Origin: Ginglymostoma cirratum
Taxonomy: Eukaryota
DNA: 64,000 nt
Reading direction: 5' to 3'
Assembly: GCA_024137785.1 (NCBI GenBank)
Contig: JAHRHZ010000144.1
Coordinates: 47,962,537 to 48,026,536 of the forward strand
The translations under genes were made by a program, and so were the position numbers. The notes under the pieces are model-generated. The model did no database searches. It worked only from the letters and a program-made list of their open reading frames with translations, and was not told the origin of the DNA. This document shows, in pieces, positions 1 through 13,334 of the stretch. The stretch's first letter is position 1. Each line of letters begins with the position of its first letter.

Positions 1-135
1 AGAAGGGTCTGAAGAAGGGTCTAGGCCCGAAACGTCAGCTTTCCTGCTCCTCTGATGCTGCTTGGCCTGTTGTGTTCATCCATCTCTACACCTTGCTTTC
101 TCAGATTCTCCAGCATCTGCAGTTCCTGCTATCTC
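1..135 (+). mobile_element. Penelope-like terminal-repeat fragment carrying a hammerhead core (family A), cut by the window edge
   Basis: ctgaaga-a-gggt-ctag-gccc-gaaa-cg-tc followed by ttcctgctcctctgatgctgcttggcctg...ctccagcatctgcagttcc. The same sequence recurs at 1685, 4328, 31364, 51918 and 62559. Confidence 0.7.
9..36 (+). ncRNA. Minimal type I hammerhead ribozyme motif
   Basis: CUGAAGA (9-15), an extra A, stem II GGGU/GCCC with loop CUAG, GAAA (29-32), palindromic ACGU in place of stem III, and UC cleavage site. Stem I is weak in this copy. Confidence 0.6.
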
Positions 136-264
136 TAAAAATAATGCAGCCCGTTCTGAAATGGGGCTCTTAAGGGGTTTCCAGCAATTGACCTTTCCCC
201 TCATAAAAACCGTTTGGCAATTCTACTCTAGCCATAGGATGAACAGGAGAAGGATCAGCAACAG

Positions 265-420
265 GGGGAGGTGACTGTGTAGTGGCAACGTCACTGCACA
301 AGTAATCCAGAGACTCAGGTTATTGCTCTGGGAATGTGTTGAATCCCACAATGACAAATGGTGAAATTTGACTTCACTTTAATTAGGAAAAAACTCAAGA
401 GTTAAAAACTCAGCTGGTTC
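265..420 (+). mobile_element. tRNA-derived SINE 5' part, degraded
   Basis: A-box-like gtgtagtgg and B-box-like gttgaatccc, followed by ggtgaaatttga. Confidence 0.55.
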
Positions 421-1206
421 ATTAATTTTGTCCTAAACTAGTCAACAGATTCTGCATTACTCCAGGATAAGAATCCCTTGGACATACTACTCCTACCTGC
501 AGAGTGTCAAAGGCTACACATCACCTTGTAATGGGCTACTTCATGGCCAGTAACATGGTGTGGAAGCTCTCTGACAGTCAGCTCAATGCATTCAGCAGTG
601 GCTGGAGCACAAAAAGCAGGTGCCGTTAAAAGTTGGGCATCCAGTGGCTATTTCTTCACCCTCTCCAGTAGGCCCATGCTCAAGCTGGCTCTTCGGTAAG
701 ATGTTGAAGTAACTTGTGTCAGTGATATTTTTAAGCAATCTGTTCAGATAAGTCTTTACACACTAGCCAATATTTCAGTTGGAAGAGTTGGCATAGAAAA
801 TATGGGACCGAAATCTGATGTGAACTTCATCGTGCCAACTCAGTAGCTGGCCAAGGAGGAAATGTCCCATGTAGTTGTCACTTGGAGGACTACCAGATAT
901 CAGGTACCTGCACAGTCCCAGGCAGGAGATGACTCTGTAGTGACCCTAACCAGTTCATCCAAATGCACATGTCGGAACTGCAATGACAGACAGACATATG
1001 GGGTGCAATGACCATCACTGGCATGAAGCTCAAGCCAGCAGCAAGTCATGCAATCATCTTGTCTACCTCCATGGACAGATTGGTGGCTGCCATGAAGATC
1101 CAGGCGCAGCTTGTTCGGGGTCTGCTAGAGAGGTACACATATCTGCATTCCAGTGCTGCAGACAGTGGTCCTCAGGACTGAAGATGTAGCAACAGGGGAT
1201 AGATTA

Positions 1207-1545
1207 GGGGGCGGCACGGTGGCTCAGTGGTTAGCACTGCTGCCTCACAGCACCAGGGACCCGGGTTTGATTCCAGCCTCGGGCGTCTGTCTGTGTGGAG
1301 TTTGCACATTCTCCCCGTGTCTGCGTGGGTTTCCTCCGGGTGCTCTGGTTTCCTCCTACAGTCCAAAGATGTGCAGGTTAGGTGGATTGGCCATGCTAAA
1401 TTGCCCGTAGTGTTCAGGGCGGTGTAGGTTAGGTGGGTTGTTTGGGGGGGTGGGTCTGGGTGGGACGCTCTGAGGTTCGGTGTGGACTTGTTGGGCCGAA
1501 GGGCCTGTTTCCACACCGTAGGGATTCTGTGTCTGTGTCTGTGTA
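1207..1545 (+). mobile_element. HE1-type V-SINE, full length
   Basis: Starts ggggcggcacggtggctcagtggttagcac (A box) with ggtttgattcc (B box), then V-domain gtgtggagtttgcacattctccccgtgtctgcgtggg, CR1-like tail gggccgaagggcctgtttcc and (tctgtg)n. Possible TSD atagatt at 1199-1205 and 1545-1551. Confidence 0.9.
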
Positions 1546-1672
1546 TAGATTCCACATCCTCCTAAAGAGGCAAGGTGATGCCAGGTGGCACTCAGCTGGA
1601 AGATGAATCATTCACAGGCCTTTCACTAGTTTTCATTCAGGACACTGCAGAGTTGGCCAGGCCGCAGCATGT

Positions 1673-1782
1673 CTGTGACATTTTCCAAAACATCAACTTT
1701 CCTGCTCCTCTGATGCTGCCTGGCCTGCTGTGCTCTTCCAGCTCCACACTGTGTTATCTCTGACTCCAGCATCAGCAGTTCT
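1673..1782 (+). mobile_element. Penelope-like terminal-repeat fragment (family A), hammerhead core decayed
   Basis: aaacatcaactttcctgctcctctgatgctgcctggcctgctg, flanked by cagcatgt at 1665-1672 and 1783-1790. Confidence 0.65.
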
Positions 1783-1944
1783 CAGCATGTGGGCCCAGTT
1801 AGACAAAAGTGTCTCTGGGGTTGCCCGGCCAAACCACAACAGAGCAAGTTCACTTCACCCTGAACCAGAGAGTGCACTGAGGTGCAATGTGAGGGAAAGA
1901 AAGAACAAAATTTATAAGGACACTTCGAATGTTTGATAAGTATC

Positions 1945-2022
1945 CTTAGCTGTGGGTCAGAAATCTGATTCAAGTCCCACCTGCCCCAGAGGTGTGCCTA
2001 GACAGGTTGATTAAAAATATCT
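1945..2022 (+). mobile_element. Short tRNA-like SINE fragment
   Basis: ttcaagtcccacctgccccagaggtgtg...gttgatta is similar to the minus-strand copy at 30670-30780. Confidence 0.5.
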
Positions 2023-2089
2023 ATAATTTCACTAAATGTATCTATGCCTTCCACCGTCTGATTTATAGTGTTTATTTTAATGTGTTTTG

Positions 2090-3420
2090 TATACAATAGT
2101 GAAGACAGAAGCAAAAGATTTGTCCGTATCCTTCTCCATTTCCTTATCATATATTAGTAACTCCCCATTTTCACTCTATACAGGATCAACACTCTCTCTA
2201 TTTGTTCTTTTCCTTTTTAAAATACATGTAGATACTCTTGGATTGCATCTTTGTGTTTGTAACTGGTTTCCTCTCATGTTCCAATTTCTTTCTCCTGGGG
2301 GAGATTAATGTTTTAGTAACTTACCGCTATTCTTTATGCTATGTCCAATCAATTGACCTGCCACTCACTTTTGCGCACAACTATATGCATTTTCCTAAAG
2401 TTTGATGCTATTCTTAATTTCTCTAGTTAACTAACTACGGGATCTGGGTCCTCCTCTTAGAATTTTTCTTCATCGTAGGATTATATTTATGCTGAGCATT
2501 TTGTAAATTATTTTGTAAAATGTTCCCTTTAAATGTCTGCCACTGCTTCTTTATTGATATATCCCCTGGCCTAATATTGCTGTTCGCCTTAGCTAAATCA
2601 GCTCAGCTAGTTGACCTTATTTAAGTTCAAAATATGCATATTAATTACACATATTAATTGTTCCCTTTTCAAACTGCCTATAAAACTCAGTCATATTATG
2701 GTCACTGCTGCTTAGGGGTGCCTATATTCTGAGATAATTAATTAATCCTCTCACATTACTAACGTTCTTTAGGGAAGTTTCACTAAGGAAACTGCCATCC
2801 TTACCTGGTCTGGCCTACATGTGACTACATGCCCACAGCGATATGGTTGATTCTTCACTGCCCTCTGGACAATAAATGCTGCCTAGCCAGTTAAGCCCAT
2901 AAACCGTGATTGCATTAAAAATATTACACTATACTGAGTCTAGTATAACATGCTCTCTCCTTGGTTCCAGAACGTGCCTCTCTAAGAAACCATCTCAAAA
3001 GCATTCTATTGTCATCCAGGCTATCATTTCTTTTCTAATTTTTCCAGAGTATACATTGATTAAAATCAAACGTGGTTGTTATGGTCACTTTAACACAAAC
3101 ACATTTTTATTTGCACATTTCATCCTACATTTTGATTGATTTAGGAGGCTTGGATACAGCCCCAATAGTGGCTTATTTCCCCAAGTATTCTTCACCTCTA
3201 CCCAAACCAATTTTACATCCTGATTTTCCAAAGTAAGGTCATCTCTAATTATTGCATCAATGCATTCCTTCATCAACGGTGCTACTCCACAACTTTACCT
3301 GGCTTTGTATTCTTTTCAAAGTCACTTTCACCTGAATATTTTGGACCCAATCCTTGTCGTCATGCAATCTCATGTCCATAATAATTATTAGATCACATTT
3401 ATTTACTTTATTGCGCACAA
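2090..3420 (-). mobile_element. CR1 LINE ORF2 fragment (AP endonuclease region), degraded and interrupted by a SINE
   Basis: Minus-strand translation gives ...AIIRDDL..ENQDVKLVWVEVKN..G.K.LLG (ORF 3085-3276) and PLSSSDHNM near 2690-2720. Confidence 0.75.
2765..2900 (+). mobile_element. SINE 3' part with CR1-type tail, inserted into a CR1
   Basis: ggaaactgccatccttacctggtctggcctacatgtgact...caataaatgctg...gccag. Confidence 0.65.
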
Positions 3421-4124
3421 TGAATTCCTACTGTTAATCGTTAGATTTTATTGTAAAACAGATCAGCAGCAGAGTCTTGTATTTGCTTGTTTTAAAGAAA
3501 GAGAGATAGACTACTCATTGCACTTAGGTACAAGTTTTTTGGCTTTACATTTAGTGTAGCACTTTAATCTTGGTTATAAACTTCAACTTTGAAGTCAGAT
3601 AGATAACGAGGAATGATAACCATTAAGAAAAATATACTTGTCATTACTGCCACAATGGCATCACCTCATTGGTCTTTAGCATCTACTGAATGCAGTAACT
3701 AGCTGTCACAATTGGCTTTTAGTGTTCACTTGTTTTCACCATGATACATTTCGTGGTTTATCATGTTAGTTTACATTACATATACCATCAATAGTTGTGT
3801 CCTTCTTGAATCAGACATCTTGAAGTTTATTTACAATATTAGCTATTTGCAAGGCTATGACATGCAGATTTACACACATATTCTGATTTCTATGCCTAAT
3901 GATGTTACTGCACATTACACACATAGCAATGAATCTATTAAATAAAGAATGACTGAAGACAAGGCATGCACCTGTATACTGCAATGTCAGATGTCATGTT
4001 GTCATATATTTGTATTATTCATTTAGGCTAGTCCAGTTTGGAATCTATGCCATAATATAAAAATTGTGTACCCTGGAATATTTCTTTCCCAACATTGTAA
4101 AAGTGAGGTAAAGTAACCATTGTC

Positions 4125-4308
4125 CTATTCCCGCATTAGAGGCAGATGACTGGTGGTGGCTTAACCTGAGGCTCACTTTGCCTCAGGTAAGGAGAAAGGT
4201 TGAGAAAGAGAGTTCTTTACAGTAATCTCCGCAGCATGGGAATGGACCCATACTGTTGGTGTTACGCTGCATTGTAAACCAGCCATTCAGCCAACTGAGC
4301 TAACTGAC
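4125..4308 (-). mobile_element. tRNA-derived SINE
   Basis: Minus strand starts gtcagttagctcagttggctg (A box). Homologous to 37800-37955. Confidence 0.7.
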
Positions 4309-4327
4309 TTTATTTAGTCAAATGTAA

Positions 4328-4410
4328 CTAGGCCCGAAACGTCAAGCTTTCCTGCTCCTGTGATGCTGCTTGGCCTGCTGTGTTCATCCAGCTCCACACC
4401 TTGTTATCTC
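4328..4410 (+). mobile_element. Penelope-like terminal-repeat fragment (family A) with the 3' half of a hammerhead
   Basis: ctaggcccgaaacgtcaagctttcctgctcc...ccttgttatctc, with tgtaa on both sides. Confidence 0.7.
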
Positions 4411-6247
4411 TGTAATAACAAATGGGTTTAACCATTCCCCTCTTTTTGTCTGATTAGCTTCTCTAAATGGTTTCAGATGTGCCATGCATTCAGACAAATA
4501 TCTTTTAATTTCAGTTTTTGCTTCTATTTTTGTTAAACTCCCTGTATTTTTCTGTCCTATTTGGCTTGGCTTTATGAACATCACTGTATTGTTTTGATGT
4601 TTCCACCTTTCTCTTTGGATTCCCACTCATTGCTCATTCCCCTGCCCTGAAAATTATCACAAAATTCCTCACCATTAACAGTTCTTGTTATAATGTTCAC
4701 AAACTCCTGAATTCTCCCTTAAAGCACATTAACTGTTCAAAATGCTTTATATCAGTGACACGCTGACAATGGGGATTCAGAAGCTGCTATTATACTGCAC
4801 TGCAGATCAAAGTGTCAAATATAATAAAAGTGATGAATTTAATTCACAAAACAATAATTGCTTTCTATTCATTCCTCACCCAATGTCAGTCTGTGGTACT
4901 ATTTTTATTAGGTTCCCTCAAACTACAATTCCTACTCTGCATTTCCTAATGATTTTGACAAAGCTAATGATCGTTTCTTTCTCTTCATGTTTGGGACACT
5001 TAAGATTCGTGTAACCATTGACCAATAGTCTGTGAGAGCCTAAATGAAATCTGCTGTACTTGATGGGCTGTCAGTGCAGGTGCACCTGTCAACACTTTGA
5101 CAAAATGAAGGATGTTGGAAATTATTTCTGTGCTGCTCAGTGCGGGAGAGAGAAGACCTAAGTCATCCTCGCATCAGTATCTGGAGCTGTTCTCCTTAAG
5201 TCTTTTTGTTCGGAGAGGTGTTACACTTACCATTGCAATTATACACTGAAGGATGCGATCATAGAGGGGGAACTGTTGAGGGTGATGGGGCAAAGTGTGA
5301 AGGAACTGTCACTGAGGAAGATGGAGACATGAAGGACTATATTCACCTTCATTACTCTTGTAAAATCATTCCACCTCTTCTTACATTGACAGTAAGAATA
5401 ATGTTGCTAGCACTAACATCCGCCACCACATCCGTCCAGGTTTATGGAACGTTTCCCTCCTTGTTTTGACACCCTCCACGAGGCCAAAAAATAAGCTGGA
5501 GGCAACCAACTTTGGTGCCAATGATGTTTTTAGTGTGTTCAAATGTTATTCAAATCAACAACTGCAACTTCACTGGCAAGAGGACTAATCCTGCCTTAAA
5601 TAGTGCTATAAAACATGGCTCGAAATTGTGCTTGGTTATCCCTCAATCGTATTAAAATGGGGACCAGAGGTTAAAATTTGCAAGGTGTCACATTTGCACA
5701 GCATAAGGGCTTTCTCCTCATCTCAACCTTCACCTGCCCAACTTGACAGTCCAAGTTAAAACCACAGCTTAACATTTGTCTTTCCATTTATGGTGACACT
5801 CAGATTATATCCTCTGAAATGATAAAAGGCATGACTCACAGATAATTTCAAGAACATCATAAAGATCAATTGATCGATTCATATGCCATTACCAAAGGCC
5901 CATATATTGTGTGAGTAAAACTAGATATGAGGGCCATGAGATGCCATCTGGGAAGCTATGCCACTCTAACGATGATCTGCTAGACCCTTGAAATGCCAGA
6001 AATATGAAAAGTCTCAGAGTTGGATTTTCCACCCTTCTACATTTCTGCTCTTGCTCGGGCGGTAGGAGAATCCACCTCCATAAGGCCTCACAGCATTGCT
6101 GATGTAAGTTTAGGATTTCCTGCTCCCTCAAAATCCATCAGGTCTCTGATCTCCTCCCAGATCTACAAACTCGCCTCAAGTTTTCCATTCTCCTCCCAAA
6201 GGGGCTTCAGTTTGTGACCTATCCTCCCTCACCTGGCTGCTGATCAA

Positions 6248-7010
6248 ACCAGGGCAGGACTTATACAGCTAATGATAGGGCCCTGGGGTGTGTTGCCGAA
6301 AAAAAAGACCTTGGGTGCTGGTGCATAGTTCCTTGAAAATGGCATCGCAGGCAGACAGAGTGGTGAAGAAGACATTGGGCACACTTGCCTTCATTGGTCA
6401 GTGCATTGAGTATTGGAGTTGGAGTGTCATGTTACAGTTGTAAAGGACATTGGTTGGGTCAGTTTTAAAATTTTGTTCTCAATTTTGGTCACCCTGCTAT
6501 AGGAAAGATGTTGTTAAACATGAAAAGGTTCAGAAACAATGTACACGGATTTTGCCAGGTTCGAGGGTTTGGCCTATAAGGGGAGGCTAAATAGGCTGTG
6601 TTTTTTTTTCCTTGGAACATCTGAGGTTGAGTGGTGACCTGACAGAGGTTTATAAAATCATGAGGAGCATGTATAGGGTGAACAGCTAAGATCTTTTTCC
6701 TAGGGAAGGGCAGTCCAAAACTAGAGGACATAGGTTTAAGATGAGAGGGGAAAGATTTCAAATGGACCTGAGGGGCAACTTTTTCACACAGAGGGTGGTG
6801 CCCGTATGGAATGAGTTGCCAGAGAAAGTGGTGGAGGCTGGTACAATTACAATATTTAAAAGGCATCTGAATGGGTATATGAATAGGAAGAGTTGAGAGG
6901 GATATGGGCCAAATTTTGACAAATGGGACTAGATTAATTTAGGATATTTGGTCAATGCGGACAAGTTGGACTGAAAGGTCTGTTTTCGTGCCGTCTAAGT
7001 TTATAACTCT
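6248..7010 (+). mobile_element. HER1/CR1 LINE, 5'-truncated 3' end
   Basis: Decayed ORF2 C-terminus (ggtgacctgacagaggtttataaaatcatgagg; ttcacacagagggtggtg...tggaatgag) and 3' UTR ggacaagttggactgaaaggtctgtt, which is shared with the HE1 tail. Confidence 0.9.
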
Positions 7011-8064
7011 TAAGGTCCAGCCTCATCACCTGACCTCAAATCCATCATGTCTTTGATCTCCACCATTTCATTTCTGGATCTCCTCTGGTTCCAAGACCAC
7101 AGCCCACTTCAGAATTGATTCCCTGCCTGAGTTCAGAAATAGTTCACCCTGGGCTAATGTCTCAAGTTTGAGTGTTGGAATTGCTTGGTTTCTATAACGT
7201 CTTCTACAGTGCATCCTGCCTGACTAGAAATCTCATCTACCAAACAACTTGGTTTCTGGCTGGGGAAATTGTCAGTGATGTCACATACTTACTGTGGAAT
7301 TTAAACTGCACAGCATGAAGGGAAGCGCCATCATCCGGATGCTTCATGTGCTACCACATCCGCTCCACACAATCCTGATCCATCAAAATGTTAAAACACC
7401 CCTCAAAAGGACCACACCAAAACAGCTGCACAATTTTCAGTGCCTTCATGCAAAGAATGCATTTAGGCTATGTGATACACAGCAAAGATCAATAAAAATC
7501 ATCACTTTCAGTATGAGTGATATTCTGTTATTTTATTCAGAATAAAATTGAATCTAACACATTACCTTTAAAGGCTAAACAAGCATGCAGCTCTCAGAAC
7601 AGAGGGGTAAATAGGTCGATATTTTTCTCTCTGATGCAAATATTAGCAAAATAGATATTTCAAACAATTCCAGTTCCTGAGAAAAGTAACTGCCCGTACA
7701 AACACCTACACTTTATTCCCAGCCTGAAGAGCCTCCCACTACAAACTCCTTGATGCATTCTTCTCAATCCATTCTTCGTTCTTTCTTCTGTCCTTGTGCA
7801 ACTCAAAATGTAAGACCTTTTCTTGACAATGTGCACAATATATCCAACACTATAACAGACTGGTGCCTGTAGCAAACTTCCCCATAACAGAAGTAGATTG
7901 ATGAACACCATGATGTTTAGTAAGGGTCTTATAAGTTCTTGGTACATAGTGGATTCCTTCCATCCTACTTTCCCTTTTGATTTATTTGGTTATTTTGGAC
8001 TGCCTCAATAGAAATAAATAATGCAAACTAACGAACAGCTTGTAATCCCAAACAAGATTGCTCT

Positions 8065-8720
8065 TCTTCTTCACAATCCTTAATGGTGGATGATTCAACA
8101 ACTAACCAGAGCAAAACGCTCCAAGACCATTGCCATCCTCGATGAGTTCAAATATATGAGTTCAAAAGATAAGACTGAAGATTTTTGAGCTACATTCACC
8201 CACGAGTGTCAATTGGATGATCCAGCTCTGCTTCCTTTTGAGGCTCCCACCATCTCTGAAGCCAATGTTCAAACAAATTCATCCACCTCACACAATATCA
8301 AGGATTGGCTAAGGGATACAGGAAAAGGGATAGACTGCTGTAATGCATACATCTACTCCAGAATTAAGCGCGCCCTCAGCAAGCTGTTCCATTACAGTTA
8401 TAACAGTGGCATCTAACTGACAATGTGAAAAATTGCCCAGGTCAAATCCATTCAGGTCAATTTACACAGCATCAATCTGCTCTCATTCATAGGCAAAGTG
8501 ATGATAGGTGTCAACAACAGTACTGTCAAATGGCAGTGACGCAGCGAAAACCTGCACACTAATGCTCAGTTTGGGTGTAGCCAGGGCTACAGTGTCTAAA
8601 TCACATCACAATCTTAAGTCAAACATGAAAAATTCAGCCGAATTCCAGAGCTCAGACAGGTAAGAGTGACTGCCCTTAACATTCATACAGCATTTGATCG
8701 AGTGTGGCACCATGCAGCCT
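8065..8720 (+). mobile_element. CR1-clade LINE RT fragment (second family)
   Basis: Translates to VTALNIHTAFDRVWHH and AQFG. Homologous to 49134-49990. Confidence 0.75.
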
Positions 8721-8749
8721 AAGAATAAACAAAAATAATTTCCTCTCTA

Positions 8750-10570
8750 CAAGAGAAACATGGACTAGTCTGACATTCATGCTTGTTGTCCACAACCCTT
8801 CAAATCCCTTTTTCTTGAGATAATTATATAATTCCCTTTCAAAAGCAATGATTGAATCTGCCTTTACCACTCATCGGATTCAAGCCAATCACTGCATGAA
8901 AAGGTTTTGCTCCTTTTTTCCTTCCATGGTTCTTCTTTCATACACTTTAAATTGGTGTCCTTGGGTTCATGACCATTCCATCAACTAATGAAGTTTAGGA
9001 TCCCATTTGTATTTTATTTATCATCTTCCCATTCTGCCCTGCTTTCTTCAAATATTTTTCACATACCAATCCCAGTTTCTCTACACCTGCATCCAATTTT
9101 GATTTGCACTCCTTATTTATATTTTGTAGAATCATAGTATCCCTGCTGTGCAGGCAGAAGCCATTTGGCCCATCAAGCCTGCACCAAAGAGCATCTCACC
9201 CAAACCCAACCTTCCACCCTAGCCCCATATTTACTATGGCTAATCCACCTAACTTGCACATCCGTGAACACTATGGGGCAATTTAGCATGGCCAATTTAC
9301 CTAACCTGCACATCTTTGGACTGTGTGAGGAAACCAGAGCATTTGGCACAAACCTACACAGACGCAGGGAGAATATCTGTGTGAAGTTTGCACAGTCGCC
9401 TGAAGGTAGGATCAAACCCAGGTCCCTGACACTGTGAGGCAGCGGTGCTAACCACTGAGCCATCATGCCATCCATTCCTCTCCCCATTCTTTCTATTAAA
9501 CTGTGTGACTTCATACTCGTTGGAATTAAATTTCATCTGCCATGTATCTGGCCATTCCACCAATCTATTTATGTCTAAGTTTATCACTATTCTCCTCACA
9601 ATTCACACCACTTCTAAGTTTTGTGTCATCCGCAAATGTTGAAGTTGTGCTTATACATCAAGTCTAGATCGTTATTATGGGTCAAGGCAAACAGTGCTCC
9701 CATATAACACTATAAATTTGCACCAGTCCAATAATAACCATTCACCACTACTCTGTTTTTTGTCACGCGGCCAACTTTATGTCAATGTCGCCATTCTTCG
9801 TTTTATTCCACAGCTTCAGCTTTGCTAGCAAGCCTGTTATGTGGCACACTATCAAATGTTGTTTGCAAATCCATCAGTCATTTGACTCACATCAATCTTC
9901 CCTGTTGCTTCATCAAAAAACTTTATCAAATTAGTTAAACATGATTTGATCTTAACAAATCCATATTGGCTTTCTTTAACTGATTTATATTTTCCCAAGC
10001 ACCTGTTAACCACATTGCAGATTACCTCTTCAGAAGGGTTTACCACCATCTTAGTTAACCTGACTGGTCTGTGCATACTTAATTTATACTTGACTCTTCT
10101 GTTAAACAAGGTGTAATGCATGCATTTCTCCAATCCTCTCAGACTAACTACGTTTCTGAAGAAAATGGAAAGATTATGGCCAATGCCTTCATAGTTTTCA
10201 CCTTTGATTCCCTCAATATCCTTGGAAATGTCTAATCTAGTCCTGACGACTTATCAATTAAAGTTCAGCCAGCCTTTTTAATCCTTTCTCTACATTAATT
10301 TGTAGTCCATTTGTGTCTTAGCAACCTTCTATTTCAGATAAATGGTGTTGCATTTTCATCTTTAACAAAGATGGATGCAAACTATTTCAATATCTCAAAG
10401 TGCGTCATTTCATAACTCAGCAACACCCACAGTCTCTAAATCCCTTCTTCACCTGCAATCAGGCATAATCCTCTTTTTAGCACAATTTTACGATTTGTAT
10501 GCATATAGATGTTTAAATTCCCTTTTATGGTATCTGCTAGTCTCTTATCATACTCTTTCTCATCCTGTGG
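8750..10570 (-). mobile_element. CR1 LINE ORF2, decayed, interrupted by an HE1 SINE and continuing at 13335-13590
   Basis: Minus-strand motifs SQYGFVK.KSCLTNLIKFFDE, W.DTWQMKFN and EKEYDKRLA. Confidence 0.8.
9128..9472 (-). mobile_element. HE1-type V-SINE
   Basis: Reverse complement of ggcatgatggctcagtggttagcaccgctgcctcacag, with V-domain and CR1 tail. Confidence 0.9.
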
Positions 10571-10574
10571 CTCT

Positions 10575-13330
10575 GTAGAAGTCAGTCTGGTAGGTGTAAA
10601 ACAGTTGGGAAGATGTGCTGAAGTCTGAGCACTTCTAGTCCAGGACTGGGTCACACCAGAGAGTATGCCGTCATCCATCCATTGGGTACTACCACAGAAA
10701 CTAAGGGAAAATTGAGGAGGGGGAGCAAGATGGTGAACAGGACCCAAGGCTGCATAACACCGGAAGGAAAGTTAGGGACCTATTCATCAGGATTGGTGTG
10801 AGGATGGAATGACAATTGTAAAGGAAGAGCAATAGTATTTGTAAAGTGAGGATGTGGTAAAGAACAAATGGGAAAGGCATCATTCAGGAGGACCGTTCAT
10901 CCGTGGTCAGGAGCTCCTGCCTTCATGTGAGGGAACAATATACGATCAGAATTGACAAAGTCACCTCTTATGAGAGGAACAGGCTCATATAAATGGGTCA
11001 TGTGGAAATCTGGGAAGGTGTAATGGGTTTCATAGAAAGGGATACCAGGAAGGGGATCTGGATAGATGGAGCCTCAACAGCACATAGAAGTGGAGATGAG
11101 TAGCATTGGCTGAGGAGTGCTCACTGTTGCCTTTTATTCTGCTGGAAATCAAAAGAGTGCAGTGGGAAAGAAAATGGCTAAGATCACACCCTGGAGCGGG
11201 CACACCTGACCTGTGAAGGAAGGGTCTACTGGACAAGCGAGGAGATGCCCTTGAAGCGGAGAACAACATTCCAAACATACCATGCTCCGTACCGCACACA
11301 GACTGGCAGGGCTCCTAATTCTTGACTATCCCTTTCTGCTGTGCACCTCCCTGCCCCAGACATCACTGAACAACCCATTCACACCAACACTTTTGGACAC
11401 ATAGGCCAGGGAAAGAACAGGGATATTGTAGGACAACAGACAAAGCTATCAGCAGAATGCATTGCCCAGTATATATCTTCTTCATCTCGCTGTCACACTG
11501 TAGCAGACTCTCAATAAAGAAATCGGTCCATAGTATATCCTGTAAGACTACAAAGTAACGCATCACACTGGCACAGACACACTCAAAACTCAAACAAACA
11601 AATGTAAAGGCAAAACACTGAAATTTACAGAAATTTGAGGATACATGTCCAGTACATTGTCATCCATGCCACCAAACAGCACTCAATAGCTTCTCTTCTT
11701 CTTTCTCTCCCACTCCTTAATATCCAAAGTCTGGTTCCCCAGCTGGGGCGGAAGGACCCTGCTCAGCATTGGCCCTGGAGGTTTGGTTAGGCAGACCTCG
11801 GGGGTGTTTCTGCCTGGATAGCCCAGAGACGATGAAGGTCTTCCTACCAGAGGCAAGTGGACACTCCTCAGCTTCAACTTCCAAGGGTCAGAATGCAGGC
11901 AAACAGTGTGGAGGTGAAGGGCCTGGCCATCTCTGGAGTGTCCTGAAAGGAGATTTCTGAGCAGCCTGTGTGGTTCCTTCTCTGGCTTAGTGGCCACTGA
12001 CACTGCCCTGTCTATTTGTGAGGAAGGGGCACAAGGAGTGAGCACCAGGTTCCCTGTCCCCCTTGTCACCATGCCTTCGGCCCTGAGGACCAATGGGTAG
12101 GACAATGGAGTGAAGGTATATGTGTGTGACTCTCCAACAGTATCTGAACTGGCTGAGGTGCAGGTTGCAGCCTTACAAATGCCTTCCACTAATGCTATGA
12201 TACTCTCATCCTCAGAGATCAAGGAGCTGGCTTCTGGTTGAACTAGCCATTTTTCCGAGAAGGCAGTGAACATGCCAGCGGTACCTGCAATGCACAAGAG
12301 AGAAAAGGTATTGCAGCCTGTGCTTAGAAGTGATATGCAATGAATGAGACTGATAGTGGAGTTAATGGAGATTTGCAGTGGAATGAAGAATGGTACATCT
12401 TCAGTTGGTGGGACTTAGAAGCCTCACATTCCCAAAGGAGCGATCCTGATCTTCTCCTGCAAGGGCCAGGAATCTCTCCTTGTAGGAATTGTGGAGGTGA
12501 AAGTCAGCACCTCTCAACCTGTCAGGGCCCTGTCTACACTATTCTGGGCTGTTCTCTCTTGAAATGAGTGAAAGGAAGAAATTGAGTGGGCTGAAAATGG
12601 GTGGCACAACTGTTAGTGCTAGTGCGGGTGGATGAAAGCTCGGGGGGTGATGGGATGATTGAGGAGGCAGCAAAAATGGCACGCAAGGTTTGTAGTTTGG
12701 GAGGCTGGGGCTAGTGAGACAGTGTGTAGGAAGATGTTGCAGGTAATAGTGAGCATGTGCCTTGGTGTGAGGTGGGCGCAGTAACAGAGATAGAGGAGGG
12801 TGGCACTTTTCCCACCGGAGTGGAGAAGATCATTTCCCCTCTTGCAACACTGCTGGCCATTCCTCCATACCATTGAGATGGCAATGACCCGGGTGCCAAC
12901 CTCTGAGCAGGCTGCCAGGATCTGATGGCATGACCTCCTCGCCTTTCCCAAACCCCATCCTTCACTCAGGATGTCTGAGTCCCTGTCAGAGAATTGCAGC
13001 ATCATCTTCCCCTTTTTCCATACGTTCAGACTTCATCCTTGACTGCCCGTGATAGGGTTGGAATGTCAATTCTCGTCCGGGTGTGCAGCGGCCTTTTAAG
13101 GATGGTGTGGGTGCCAAGGATGCTGGTCTTTTGGCAGACATCCAGGGAGTGGGAAACGGTGTGTGGTAAGATGGGGATAAAATTGGACATGACATCTATC
13201 ATAGGGATGGTGTAAGTAGTTAATGAGGTAAGAGCTGCAGGAAATCTCATCATGCCACCCAAGGAAAATCCCTCCAATAAAACTCAACACAACTTACACT
13301 GAGACAAAAAAATTGCATGATTCAGCCCTG
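10575..13330. mobile_element. PIF/Harbinger DNA transposon, decayed: Myb/SANT gene on minus strand, possible transposase remnant on plus strand
   Basis: Minus strand gives FSDRDSDIL...HQILAACSEVGTRV.AIS.V.RNGQQCCKRGNDLLHS (12815-13005), exon 2 ..RALTG...SYKERFLALAGEDQDRS (12440-12560), and an exon 3 acceptor cattgcag at 12285. Plus strand gives KRGDALEAE near 11235. TIR-like gggctgaatcat at about 13328. Confidence 0.7.
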
Positions 13331-13334
13331 CATC

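Noticed and set aside
540-1190. Possible further Harbinger remnant (also 19400-19800)
   Set aside because: Similarity is only impressionistic, with no diagnostic motif I can support.
1153-1611. Cluster of overlapping ORFs (also at 9104-9599, 15309-15512 and 47974-48357)
   Set aside because: These are translations of HE1 SINE copies, not genes.
5231-5320. Minus-strand exon candidate ending atg|gtaagt
   Set aside because: It is short, the peptide is unrecognised and no partner exon is visible.
11683-12297. 204-aa minus-strand ORF as a host gene
   Set aside because: It lies downstream of the Harbinger Myb exons, which are frameshifted, so it is best explained as that element's third exon.
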